This document shows, piece after piece, positions 8,511 to 18,061 of a DNA stretch of 25,307 nt. This stretch comes from Ilumatobacteraceae bacterium (GTDB lineage Bacteria > Actinomycetota > Acidimicrobiia > Acidimicrobiales > Ilumatobacteraceae): the NCBI GenBank assembly GCA_044233525.1, contig JBIIJW010000001.1, forward strand, positions 1-25,307, in the 5' to 3' direction. The position numbers and the translations under genes were made by a program. Below the pieces are notes generated by a model. That model did not search any database. It saw only the letters and a program-made list of their open reading frames with translations, and was not told where the DNA came from. Numbering within the stretch: position 1 is the first letter of the stretch; every line of letters starts with the position of its first letter.

Positions 8511-9755
8511 ATGAGTGACGACATTTGGCGCCGCAAGGACGATACAAACGACGATTCTTACGGCACGGACTTTGGTTCAGACTTCGGAACCGTGCAGTTC
8601 GCAGACGACCCAACCGCAGAGCCTGCGCTTAGTTTCGGCAAGGGCGATACCGGCAACTTGCCGCATTGGACCGAACCAGCCACGGGCGAAATCCCCGTTG
8701 TTGATGAGGACGACGTGTGGGGCGCATTTGACGAACCCAGTGCACCAACGTCGCGGCCAGAGCGCTTAACAATCGGTACCGATCCCACGGGCGGGGCTCG
8801 TCGCGACGTCACTGGCGGATACGACCGTGATCCATCGCGCGACAACACCGGTGGTGTGCCACGTGGTGGACGTCCACAACCCGTTCGTCGAGTTGGTCCG
8901 CGCGGTCCACGCCCAGGAAATGTTGGTCGCGATATGCCAACGGCAGTCACCACAGCGCTGATTCTTGTTGCGGTCTTTATCGGCGCCATCATGTGGCGTC
9001 CTGCTGCAGTGATGTTGATTGTCATCGCTGTCGTTGGTTTGGCAGCTGTTGAGTTCTTCAGCAAAGTAACGGAGAAGGGTTATCGACCCGCAACGTTTGC
9101 TGGGCTCATCACATGTGTTGCTGCACCGCTTGCTGCATATTGGATTGGCGACGAAGCATTGCCATTGGTTCTGGCTTTCGGGTTCATGGCAATGTCCATC
9201 GGATTTATTGGCGCATCCAGTGTTCAAAGTGGCCCGATGCCAAACGTTGCCATCACCACAATGGCGATGATCTGGATTGGCCTCCTCGGCTCATTCGCCG
9301 CGTTGATGTTGCGTTACTCCGTGAACGGAGTTGGTGCACACGTTGGAACAGACACATTGTTCATGGTGGTGGTCGCTGTGATCGCTAACGATGTCGGAGC
9401 GTTGTTTGTGGGCGCATCTGTTGGTCGAACACCACTTCGTGAATGGGTGAGCCCCAACAAAACTGTTGAAGGCGCTATCGGTGGTGCGCTTGCAACCGTT
9501 ATTGCACTCGTTGTCATTGGTTCACAAAACGGCACATGGAACACCATGGGCGAATGGTTGGCACTCGCCTTCGTTGTGTCAGTCATGGCGCCACTTGGCG
9601 ACTTGGTGGAATCAATGTTCAAGCGCAATCTTGATGTGAAGGACTTTGGCACCATCGTTGCTGGGCATGGAGGTGTCCTCGACCGCTTCGACGGATTCCT
9701 CTTCGTACTTCCCGCCACGTACTACCTCATGCTGGTCCTTCAGCCCTGGGCATAA
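8511..9755 (+). CDS. cdsA: Phosphatidate cytidylyltransferase with a long acidic N-terminal extension
   Basis: Multiple TM helices from about aa 142; SPNKTVEG and DLVESMFKRNLDVKDFGTIVAGHGGVLDRFDG signature; SD GGGGAG before ATG 8511. Confidence 0.93.
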   Translation: MSDDIWRRKDDTNDDSYGTDFGSDFGTVQFADDPTAEPALSFGKGDTGNLPHWTEPATGEIPVVDEDDVWGAFDEPSAPTSRPERLTIGTDPTGGARRDVTGGYDRDPSRDNTGGVPRGGRPQPVRRVGPRGPRPGNVGRDMPTAVTTALILVAVFIGAIMWRPAAVMLIVIAVVGLAAVEFFSKVTEKGYRPATFAGLITCVAAPLAAYWIGDEALPLVLAFGFMAMSIGFIGASSVQSGPMPNVAITTMAMIWIGLLGSFAALMLRYSVNGVGAHVGTDTLFMVVVAVIANDVGALFVGASVGRTPLREWVSPNKTVEGAIGGALATVIALVVIGSQNGTWNTMGEWLALAFVVSVMAPLGDLVESMFKRNLDVKDFGTIVAGHGGVLDRFDGFLFVLPATYYLMLVLQPWA

Positions 9756-9807
9756 GCCACAGGCGTTCCGACGCCCCACTGACACACATCGCTGACAGAC
9801 TGACGCC

Positions 9808-10950
9808 GTGACTCTAAAGCGCGTTGCTATCGCCGGATCTTCTGGATCTATTGGTGTGCAAACAATCGACGTTGTGTCCGCAGAGCCCCACAACTATGTG
9901 GTCTCTGCGTTAGCTGTTGGATCCTCATCAGATGTCGTCATTCAGCAAGCCCAACAGTTGCGACCAGAACTTGTCGTTGTTACTGATGAGTCTCATCGTC
10001 AACGAGTTGCGGCTGCACTGCCTGGAATTACCGTCTCAGGAAATTTGTCGGACATTGTCGACGTCGCAGATGTTGTCATCAATGGTGTCATGGGATTTGC
10101 TGGGCTATCCGTCACGTTAGAAACTCTTCGTGGCGGCAAGACACTTGGGTTGGCCAACAAAGAAAGTCTCATCGCAGCTGGGCCAGTTGTGCAACCGTTG
10201 CGATCAACACCTGGCGCACAACTCATTCCCGTCGACAGTGAACACTGCGCGTTGCACCAATGTTTGCGGTCTTCCATCGACGCTGGTGCTGAATTATCGC
10301 GACTCATTCTCACCGCAAGTGGTGGCCCGTTCCGCGGCCGAAGCGCAGAGTCCTTAGCGCAGGTCACGGTGAACGAAGCGCTGAATCACCCCACCTGGAA
10401 GATGGGGCCCAAAATCACCATCGACTCTTCCACCCTCATGAATAAAGGTCTGGAAGTTATCGAGGCCCACGAGTTGTACGGAACTTCCTACGATCACATC
10501 GACGTTGTTGTTCATCCGCAGTCGGTGGTTCATTCAATGGTGGAGTTCACAGACGGATCCACAATCGCGCAACTGTCCATGCCAGACATGCGGTTGCCGA
10601 TCGGATACGCATTGGGCTATCCCTCAAGAATTGCTACGCCCTTTGGCCGTATCGATTGGGCAACGTTGTCGCGATTGGATTTTGAAGCACCAGATCGCGC
10701 AACATTCCGCTGCCTAGATCTCGCTTATGCGGCGGGTCGACTTGGCGGGTCTGCTCCTGCAGTTCTCTCGGCCGCCAATGAAGTAGTGGTGGACGCTTTT
10801 CTTGCCGGTGGCGTGAGATGGGCAGACATACCGGTGCTTCTCGAAAAAGTTCTGCATCAGCATTCGGTGTTTATGCCGACTGATGTTGACGGAGTAATGG
10901 CAGCAGATGCAGAGGGTCGCAGACTCGCTCAAAAGGAGATCGAACAATGA
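9808..10950 (+). CDS. dxr: 1-deoxy-D-xylulose-5-phosphate reductoisomerase
   Basis: GSSGSIG, LANKESL, PVDSEH, LTASGGPFR, HPTWKMGPKITIDS, NKGLEVIEA, PDMRLPI. GTG start. Confidence 0.97.
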   Translation: MTLKRVAIAGSSGSIGVQTIDVVSAEPHNYVVSALAVGSSSDVVIQQAQQLRPELVVVTDESHRQRVAAALPGITVSGNLSDIVDVADVVINGVMGFAGLSVTLETLRGGKTLGLANKESLIAAGPVVQPLRSTPGAQLIPVDSEHCALHQCLRSSIDAGAELSRLILTASGGPFRGRSAESLAQVTVNEALNHPTWKMGPKITIDSSTLMNKGLEVIEAHELYGTSYDHIDVVVHPQSVVHSMVEFTDGSTIAQLSMPDMRLPIGYALGYPSRIATPFGRIDWATLSRLDFEAPDRATFRCLDLAYAAGRLGGSAPAVLSAANEVVVDAFLAGGVRWADIPVLLEKVLHQHSVFMPTDVDGVMAADAEGRRLAQKEIEQ

Positions 10951-12194
10951 CGAATTTTTATCATCGCTTTCGCGCAGAGATGGCGGCAGGCGGCGCAGTA
11001 GATGAATCAGTCGAACCTAAGGCAACACGTTCCGGAGCCACAACCGGATTTGTCATGCTGGCACTCCTTGCATGGCTGGCTGTTGCAAACACCTGGACTT
11101 TTGTGTTCGTTGTTGGTTTGTTGGTCTCGGTCTTTTTGCACGAAGTTGGCCACTTCTCAACGGCGCGAATGACAGGCATGAAAGCCACACAGTTCTTTAT
11201 GGGGTTTGGTCCACGGGTATGGAGCCGAACGAAGGGCGAAGTGGAGTACGGCGTGCGCGCTTTGCCGTTGGGTGCATTTGTTCGCATCATCGGCATGAAC
11301 AACATTGATGAAGTTGAGCCTGAAGACGAGCCACGTGCGTATCGTTCGCAGTCCTATCCAAAGCGCATGCTGGTGATCACAGCAGGCTCGCTCATGCACA
11401 TCCTCATTGCATTTGTTTTGTTTTTTGGTGTCTATGCAACTGCTGGTCGTGAACAATCAACTGGCATCGCCACCATTCGTGGGTTAGACACAGTGGCTGG
11501 TCCCGCAGCCAAAGCTGGTCTCACGAGTGGAGACATCATTTTGTCCATCGATGGCACAAAGGTGTCAACGTATGACTCGGTGGTTGCTGCCATTACATCG
11601 CGTTCTCCAGGTGACGACCTTGCAATCGAGTACAAGCGCGGAGATGAAGATGCACAGACCGCAACGGTGAGATTGGCAGAGCATCCGACTGAGGCCAATC
11701 GCGCTTACCTTGGTATCTGGGCAGACGATTGGGGTTGGAAGCAGGTGAACCCACTGGTGGCTGCCGGCTATGCGGTGGGAGACATTGGTCGCACGGTGAG
11801 TGCATCGGTCACTGGCGTTTTCACTGCACTGAATCCCATGAACTCCATTCGTCATCTCACGGGAGAAGACACATCGCTTGAGACTCGTCCCACCACGGTG
11901 GTAGGAGTGAGCCAATTTGGCGGGGTCGTGGGAGAGTCCGACGGACTCAAGGGAATCCTGTTGCTCTTGGCCAGTGTCAATGTGTTTGTTGGGATTTTCA
12001 ACATGTTCCCGTTACTTCCGTTCGACGGAGGGCATGCGGCCATCGGTACATACGAGCGACTGCGGTCGCGCAAGGGAAAGCCATATCAGGCCGACATCAA
12101 CAAGATGGTGCCAGTAGCCACCGCCGTTGTTGGCCTGCTGGGGCTGTTGCTCATCACTGGTTTGTGGTTGGACATCACACAGCCACTCGGGTAA
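10947..12194 (+). CDS. rseP: M50 family site-2 intramembrane zinc protease with PDZ domain (RseP/Rip1)
   Basis: HEVGH zinc motif, GFGP, PLGAFVRIIGM, PAAKAGL..GD.I (PDZ), NMFPLLPFDGGH; canonical dxr-rseP-ispG position. Confidence 0.92.
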   Translation: MTNFYHRFRAEMAAGGAVDESVEPKATRSGATTGFVMLALLAWLAVANTWTFVFVVGLLVSVFLHEVGHFSTARMTGMKATQFFMGFGPRVWSRTKGEVEYGVRALPLGAFVRIIGMNNIDEVEPEDEPRAYRSQSYPKRMLVITAGSLMHILIAFVLFFGVYATAGREQSTGIATIRGLDTVAGPAAKAGLTSGDIILSIDGTKVSTYDSVVAAITSRSPGDDLAIEYKRGDEDAQTATVRLAEHPTEANRAYLGIWADDWGWKQVNPLVAAGYAVGDIGRTVSASVTGVFTALNPMNSIRHLTGEDTSLETRPTTVVGVSQFGGVVGESDGLKGILLLLASVNVFVGIFNMFPLLPFDGGHAAIGTYERLRSRKGKPYQADINKMVPVATAVVGLLGLLLITGLWLDITQPLG

Positions 12195-12225
12195 TTCGCC
12201 CCAAAAACTGACACACTGTTCATTG

Positions 12226-13437
12226 ATGTACGAGCGCCGAAATACCCAGCAGATCTTTGTAGGCAAGGTACCTGTCGGAGGTGGCGCGCCCATCACAGTG
12301 CAGTCCATGACCACCACGAAGACTGCAGATGTTGAAGGCACGCTTCAGCAGATTTACGCACTAGCGGCGGCTGGTTGCGACATTGTTCGGTGCACGTGCA
12401 ATGAACAAGAGGCGGCAGAAGGTCTTGCGCAAATTGTTCCGCGCTCACCAATTCCCATCGTTGCGGACATTCATCATCAGTACAAGATGGCACTAGCCGC
12501 CATGGAAGCTGGTGTTCATGGGCTTCGTTTGAACCCAGGCAACATACGTAAGCCTGAACACATCAAAGCTGTTGCATCGGAGGCACGCGATCGCGGGCTT
12601 CCGATTCGAATTGGAGTGAATGGTGGTTCATTAGATCCAGCGCTGTACGAAAAGCATGGTGGTCTCACTGCTGAAGCAATGGTGGAATCGGCGCTACAAG
12701 AGATTCATTACTTCCATGAAGTCGATTTTGACGACATCAAGATCTCTGTAAAGGCCAGCAATGTTCCGCTCATGGTGGATGCCTATCGTTTGATGGCCGA
12801 TGCTGTGAAGTATCCATTGCATCTCGGTGTCACCGAAGCGGGTCCACCGCCTGCTGGCTTAGTGAAAGCCACGGCGGGTATCGCAACGCTGTTGCTGGAA
12901 GGAATCGGCGACACCATTCGCTACAGCCTCACTGCCGACCCAGTGGAAGAGGCACGCGCAGGTCGACAGCTGCTGGAAGCACTTGGATTGCGCGAGCGCA
13001 AGAACGTGGATCTCATTGCGTGTCCTAGTTGCGGTCGCGCAGAAATCGACGTGATCGATGTAGCGAACCGCGCCATGAAGGCTTTTGAAGATAAAAAACT
13101 TCCGTTACAGATTGCGGTGATGGGTTGCGTGGTGAACGGACCCGGTGAAGCACGAGAAGCAGACCTCGGTATCGCAGCAGGCAACAAGCGCGGCCATTTG
13201 TTTGTGAAGGGCCGAAATGTTGCTGTTGTCCCAGAGCGTGAAATGGTGGAGGCTCTCGTTGAGTGGGCTGAATTTATTCACGAACACGGGACAGATGCTG
13301 CAATTGCGCGGGCAGACACCAAGTTGGCAGAACGTGAAGCTGCACGAGATCGTTCGCAGTTATTAGACGAAAAAGGCGACGACGCAAACGACGCTGGCTC
13401 AAAGATTGTGGAGATCCGCAAAACTATTTCTGATTAG
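12226..13437 (+). CDS. ispG: (E)-4-hydroxy-3-methylbut-2-enyl-diphosphate synthase
   Basis: VQSMTTTKT, PIVADIH, RLNPGNI, RIGVNGGSL, PLHLGVTEAG, GIGDTIRYSL, CPSCGR and MGCVVNGPGEA Fe-S motifs. Start placed at ATG 12226. Confidence 0.97.
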   Translation: MYERRNTQQIFVGKVPVGGGAPITVQSMTTTKTADVEGTLQQIYALAAAGCDIVRCTCNEQEAAEGLAQIVPRSPIPIVADIHHQYKMALAAMEAGVHGLRLNPGNIRKPEHIKAVASEARDRGLPIRIGVNGGSLDPALYEKHGGLTAEAMVESALQEIHYFHEVDFDDIKISVKASNVPLMVDAYRLMADAVKYPLHLGVTEAGPPPAGLVKATAGIATLLLEGIGDTIRYSLTADPVEEARAGRQLLEALGLRERKNVDLIACPSCGRAEIDVIDVANRAMKAFEDKKLPLQIAVMGCVVNGPGEAREADLGIAAGNKRGHLFVKGRNVAVVPEREMVEALVEWAEFIHEHGTDAAIARADTKLAEREAARDRSQLLDEKGDDANDAGSKIVEIRKTISD

Positions 13438-14456
13438 TTCTGAACGCACACGTATCCAAAGTGGGATGGAAAATCAGCACGGGTGCCGGCCTCAATGAAG
13501 ACCGGTTCAGCGTGGCGCAAGGTTCTGAAAGTCTTGTCCCAGTCCCCGAATTGACCATAAGCAATGCGATGGTGGTTTAGGAAGTCATCAACCACGCTGG
13601 CTACGCCAACGGTGAATTCGGGCGATGGTGATGGGTACATACCGTTTTCATCAACGTGCACCACTGGCTCTAGCAACGGTGTTGTGTCAACAATCCGAAG
13701 TAGTTCGTCAACGTCAACGTGCTTTGATGTAAATCCAGCTCTAATGACATTGTCAGATGAATTCATGATTTCAAGCCCGAAACCATGAAGGTATGCATGC
13801 AAGTTTCCCGCTGGCAACGCCAAAGCCTCGCCCTCATTCAGAACAACGTGGTTCAGCAGAGGCACAATTCGAAGAGCAGGGTCGTTTGGGTGTAGTAAGC
13901 GAAGGTTTTTCATCCACTTAGGTGCGCGCCAGAACCTCAATTTCTTGTCTTGCTGAAAGGCCCACGTCAGATAGCCCGAGATTCCGGTGTCGGCGAGAAC
14001 TTTTGCCTCACGTCTCCAACCTATTGACTTCAAAAATCTGACCGACTTGTCAATTGGTGCAAATCCGCACAGGGCTTCGAAACGCGACAGCGCAATGATC
14101 ATTTCTGGTTTATCTGATTCGTCTTTGTACATACGCTGTGGTGCATCTCGTGGGATGCCGAGTACTTCTTCGCGCGCGAAGCCCTCGCGTGCTTGCTGGG
14201 ACGTGGGATGTGTCTGTAGAGAAAGTGGTTGCTCGCACGACAACAACTTCACCAGCATGGTCATGTCGCCAGCGATGTCTCGCAGTGGTGGGCCGTGAGG
14301 TGAGTCGAGATGTGAGGATCCAAGTGGATGTGTGCCCAGCCAAAGCTCGGCAATTTTTGTTCCACGCGTTGATGACAGTCCGAGAGAGCGACGGATGGTG
14401 TCTTCGTCGCCCCAGTCGTAGTTCTTCTCGACACCGATGATGCGCCGAGGTGTCAT
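13434..14456 (-). CDS. manA: Mannose-6-phosphate isomerase, class I
   Basis: NYDWG, AELWLGTHP, PLSLQTHP (Q,H zinc ligands), KPE (E), HAYLHG (H), SSDNVIRAGFTSKHVD; shortened C-terminal part. Confidence 0.9.
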   Translation of the reverse strand: MTPRRIIGVEKNYDWGDEDTIRRSLGLSSTRGTKIAELWLGTHPLGSSHLDSPHGPPLRDIAGDMTMLVKLLSCEQPLSLQTHPTSQQAREGFAREEVLGIPRDAPQRMYKDESDKPEMIIALSRFEALCGFAPIDKSVRFLKSIGWRREAKVLADTGISGYLTWAFQQDKKLRFWRAPKWMKNLRLLHPNDPALRIVPLLNHVVLNEGEALALPAGNLHAYLHGFGLEIMNSSDNVIRAGFTSKHVDVDELLRIVDTTPLLEPVVHVDENGMYPSPSPEFTVGVASVVDDFLNHHRIAYGQFGDWDKTFRTLRHAEPVFIEAGTRADFPSHFGYVCVQN

Positions 14457-14459
14457 GAA

Positions 14460-16220
14460 TTAACTCCGCACCAACGAGACAACATGTTGCACCGCGGATG
14501 CAACAGCGATTGCCTCATTTGTTCCAGCATGACGGTCGCGCACCTCAACGTTGCCGTCGGCAAGTGATTTACCGACAACAACGATTGTTGGGATACCCAT
14601 CAACTCTGCGTCTTTGAATTTCACACCGGGGGAGACTCCATTGCGGTCATCCAGCAGAACTTCCAACCCTTGCGCTTCAAGATCTCGTGCAAGTTGTTCG
14701 CCAGCGACCGTGATGTCGTCTCCGTTCTTGCCGGTGACCACAACATGGACGTCTGCAGGTGAAATGGCGCGTGGCCACTTCAGTCCAATGTCGTCATGGA
14801 ATGCTTCGGCAATTGATGCAACAGCTCGTGATACTCCGACCCCGTATGAGCCCATGGTGACAACAACCTGTTTGCCGTTTTGGTCGAGCACGGTGAGCCC
14901 AAGTTTGTCGGCGTACTTCTTGCCGAGTTGAAAGACGTGGCCGATTTCAATACCGCGTGCAATTTCTAAGGCGTGTCCGCATCGAGGGCACGGATCACCA
15001 GCGGCAACTTCTACCGCTTCGATGTTTCCATCTGCAGAGAAGTCGCGACCGTTAACAAGGTTGATGACGTGTGTGTCGGCAACGTTTGCACCCGTCACCC
15101 ATGCACTCCCTGGCACAACGGAAGGGTCCAGCAGGTATGTGATACCTGACGCACTGTTGTTGCCGAGTACCTGTGGTCCGATGTAGCCGCGAACCAGCGC
15201 AGGGTGTTTCGCAAATGCAGCTTCATCCATGGGTTCTACTTCCGCAGGCGACACTTGGGCCTCAATGCGCTTGATGTCTACTTCGCGATGTCCAGGTACG
15301 CCGACCACAAGTGCACTCGTTGATCCGTCTGGTTGGCGAAGCGTGAGCACCACATTTTTCAGTGTGTCGCTTGCATCCCACGCACGGTCTGTTCGCGGCG
15401 CATTGGTATTCAGATACTCAACAAGTGATGCAATGGTGGGGCACTGTGGAGTTGACAGTGTGGTGGTGCTTGGGTGTTGCGTTGCGTCGGCTGCTAACGC
15501 ACCAGTCGTGACAGCTTCGGTGTTTGCTGCATAATCACATGAGGAGCAGCGAACAAAAGTGTCTTCGCCCACGGGGATGGGTGCCAAGAACTCTTCGCTC
15601 ATTGATCCGCCCATGGCGCCACTCATTGCTTTCACAATCACATAGGGCAAACTGAGACGTTGAAAGATTCGTTCATAGGCATCGCGATGATCGTTGTAGC
15701 TCTTTGAGAGCCCAGCATCATCAATGTCGAATGAATAACTGTCTTTCATTAAAAATTCGCGTCCGCGCAATAGCCCAGCGCGTGGTCGAGCTTCATCGCG
15801 GTACTTCGTTTGGATTTGGTAGAGCGATACGGGCAGGTCTTTGTAACTGGAGTACAAGTCCTTCACGAGAAGTGTGAACATCTCTTCGTGTGTTGGGCCC
15901 AAGAGGTAGTCGGCACCTTTGCGGTCGACGAGTCGGAACAAGTTGTCCCCATATTCGGTCCACCGTCCGGTGGCTTCATAGATGTCGCGTGGCAATAGGG
16001 CAGGGAAATGAACTTCTTGGGCGCCTATTGCGTCCATCTCTTCACGCACGATGTTTTCCACCTTGCGCAAGACCTTCCACCCAAGTGGGAGCCAGGTGTA
16101 CCCACCTGGGGCTGCCCGGCGGATGTATCCGGCACGGACGAGGAGGCGATGAGAGGGAACCTCAGCATCTGAGGGGTCATCGCGAAGGGTGCGAACGAAG
16201 AGATGGGAGAGACGAAGCAT
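14460..16220 (-). CDS. proS: Proline--tRNA ligase with editing insertion domain
   Basis: [76 protein letters not shown]. Confidence 0.98.
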   Translation of the reverse strand: MLRLSHLFVRTLRDDPSDAEVPSHRLLVRAGYIRRAAPGGYTWLPLGWKVLRKVENIVREEMDAIGAQEVHFPALLPRDIYEATGRWTEYGDNLFRLVDRKGADYLLGPTHEEMFTLLVKDLYSSYKDLPVSLYQIQTKYRDEARPRAGLLRGREFLMKDSYSFDIDDAGLSKSYNDHRDAYERIFQRLSLPYVIVKAMSGAMGGSMSEEFLAPIPVGEDTFVRCSSCDYAANTEAVTTGALAADATQHPSTTTLSTPQCPTIASLVEYLNTNAPRTDRAWDASDTLKNVVLTLRQPDGSTSALVVGVPGHREVDIKRIEAQVSPAEVEPMDEAAFAKHPALVRGYIGPQVLGNNSASGITYLLDPSVVPGSAWVTGANVADTHVINLVNGRDFSADGNIEAVEVAAGDPCPRCGHALEIARGIEIGHVFQLGKKYADKLGLTVLDQNGKQVVVTMGSYGVGVSRAVASIAEAFHDDIGLKWPRAISPADVHVVVTGKNGDDITVAGEQLARDLEAQGLEVLLDDRNGVSPGVKFKDAELMGIPTIVVVGKSLADGNVEVRDRHAGTNEAIAVASAVQHVVSLVRS

Positions 16221-16283
16221 CGGAGCGAAACCTTAGTTTGAATGGCTATCATTGGAGCCGTCCTTTGAAGTTCGGTGAACCGG

Positions 16284-16314
16284 AGGCACGGGTGACCCCC
16301 GTGCCTTTTGTTCT
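16284..16314 (+). terminator. Intrinsic terminator/attenuator hairpin in the rimP-nusA-infB leader
   Basis: AGGCACGGG 16284-16292 pairs with CCCGTGCCT 16298-16306 (5-nt loop), followed by an interrupted U tract TTTTGTTCT starting at 16306. The upstream gene is on the opposite strand. Confidence 0.6.
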
Positions 16315-16346
16315 GTTAGAGCCAGTTTTGGCGGGAGGTGAGCCAT

Positions 16347-16907
16347 ATGTCCAGCAATGTCATCGACACCGTCACGTCCATGTTGGCTCCAGTCCTCGCC
16401 GATCTTTCCCTCGAGCTCTACGACCTCGAGTTTGCCGGCGGCATCCTTCGTGTCACCATCGACACGCCCGCTGGCGGTCCCTCTGGTGTTGACATCGATC
16501 AAATCTCCCTCGTCACCCGTCTTCTCGGTCGCGAACTCGACCACAACGAAAATGCTGTCCCCGGACGCTTCACGTTGGAAGTCACCAGTCCAGGTCTCGA
16601 GCGCACACTTCGCACGCCGCATCATTTTTCTCGTGAAGTCGGCAAAGAGGTCACCATTCGTCTCAGCACAGACCTCGATGGTCGTCGCCGTTTTGCGGGC
16701 TTGCTTGTTGGTGCCACAGACACCACAGCATCGGTTCGTTTGTCGGACTCTGGCGAAACGGTAGAGATTCCGTTATCCATCATCGATAAGGCAAAAACAG
16801 TTTTCGTTTGGGAGTCACAACCCAAGCCAAATTCGAAGGCTGCGCGCGAGAAGCGCGCAACTCAGAAAAATACGTCCACACATCAAGAGGAGGCCAACGC
16901 ACAATGA
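16347..16907 (+). CDS. rimP: Ribosome maturation factor RimP
   Basis: LRVTID, GVDID, FTLEVTSPGLERTL, GKEVTI, RRFAGLL; SD GGGAGG before ATG 16347. Confidence 0.95.
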   Translation: MSSNVIDTVTSMLAPVLADLSLELYDLEFAGGILRVTIDTPAGGPSGVDIDQISLVTRLLGRELDHNENAVPGRFTLEVTSPGLERTLRTPHHFSREVGKEVTIRLSTDLDGRRRFAGLLVGATDTTASVRLSDSGETVEIPLSIIDKAKTVFVWESQPKPNSKAAREKRATQKNTSTHQEEANAQ

Positions 16908-18058
16908 GCAACCTAGATATGTCCGAAGCAGTACGCATGCTTGCCGATCACCACGGCATCAGTGTTGACTCCTTGTTGCAAGTTCTCGTCGAAGCACTTG
17001 CAAACGCATATAAGAAGCGTCCAAACGCAGCAGATGAAGTCATTGTCGAGATCAACCCAGAGAACCTCGACATGAAGTTCACTGCGTACGACGTCGACGA
17101 CGACGGCAACTGGATTAACGAGCGCGACGATACGCCAAGCAAGAATGACCTTGGCCGTATTGCTGCAGCAACGTTTAAGCAAGTGATGAGCCAGCGCATC
17201 CGTGAAGTAGAGCGCGATCGCAAGTTTGAGGAATACGCAAACCGCGAAGGCGACTTGGTCACCGGAATTATTCAGCAATCAGATGGTCGTTACGCATTGC
17301 TCGACCTCGGCAAAGTGGAAGCACTGTTGCCACAAGCAGAGCAAGTCCCTTACGAGCGTCCAGTCTCTGGCGACCGCGTGAAGGCCTACATCGTGGAAGT
17401 TCGCAAAACTGCGAAAGGCCCACAGATTGTTGTGAGCCGCACACACCCAGGTCTGATCAAGCGTTTGTTTGAACTTGAGGTTCCAGAAATTGCAGATGGC
17501 ATTGTTGAAATCAAGTCATGTGCTCGTGAGCCAGGCCATCGCACAAAGATTGCTGTTGCATCGAACGACGCAAATGTCGATCCTGTTGGCGCATGTGTTG
17601 GAGCACGTGGCGGTCGTGTACGCATGGTTGTTAATGAATTGCGTGGCGAAAAAATCGACATCGTCTCCTATTCAGAAGACATGCACGACTTCGTGTCCAA
17701 AGCGCTGTCGCCAGCAAAAGTCACCGAAGTTCGCCTCAGCGAAGACGGAACACAGGCAGATGTCATTGTTCCTGATTTTCAGTTGTCACTTGCCATCGGT
17801 AAAGAAGGACAGAATGCGCGATTGGCCGCTCGTCTCACTGGCGTGCGCATCGACATCAAGTCCGAAACACAAGCCGCTAATGAAGCGCAGGGAATCTTCG
17901 AACCCCGCGCACCACGGGGCGCTGAATACGCCGAAGGTGAATGGCGTACAAACGACGAAACCGGTGAGATGCAATTCCACGCAGCCGATGGTTCCGTTGT
18001 TACTCAACAGGAATGGGCCGATACGCCCTCCGATGATTCCGATAGCACGGAGGCCTAA
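16904..18058 (+). CDS. nusA: Transcription termination/antitermination factor NusA
   Basis: GRIAAATFKQV, S1 domain, SRTHPGLIKRLFELEVPEI, AREPGHRTKIAV, GACVGARG, SLAIGKEGQNARLAARLTG. ATGA overlap with rimP. Confidence 0.98.
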   Translation: MSNLDMSEAVRMLADHHGISVDSLLQVLVEALANAYKKRPNAADEVIVEINPENLDMKFTAYDVDDDGNWINERDDTPSKNDLGRIAAATFKQVMSQRIREVERDRKFEEYANREGDLVTGIIQQSDGRYALLDLGKVEALLPQAEQVPYERPVSGDRVKAYIVEVRKTAKGPQIVVSRTHPGLIKRLFELEVPEIADGIVEIKSCAREPGHRTKIAVASNDANVDPVGACVGARGGRVRMVVNELRGEKIDIVSYSEDMHDFVSKALSPAKVTEVRLSEDGTQADVIVPDFQLSLAIGKEGQNARLAARLTGVRIDIKSETQAANEAQGIFEPRAPRGAEYAEGEWRTNDETGEMQFHAADGSVVTQQEWADTPSDDSDSTEA

Positions 18059-18061
18059 CCC

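Noticed and set aside
12127-12225. N-terminal extension of IspG in the ORF track
   Set aside because: Overlaps rseP; IspG-like sequence starts at ATG 12226.
15890-16492. 200-aa + strand ORF spanning proS, the intergenic region and rimP
   Set aside because: Overlaps two confident genes, has Arg/Cys/His-rich off-frame composition and no recognisable motif.
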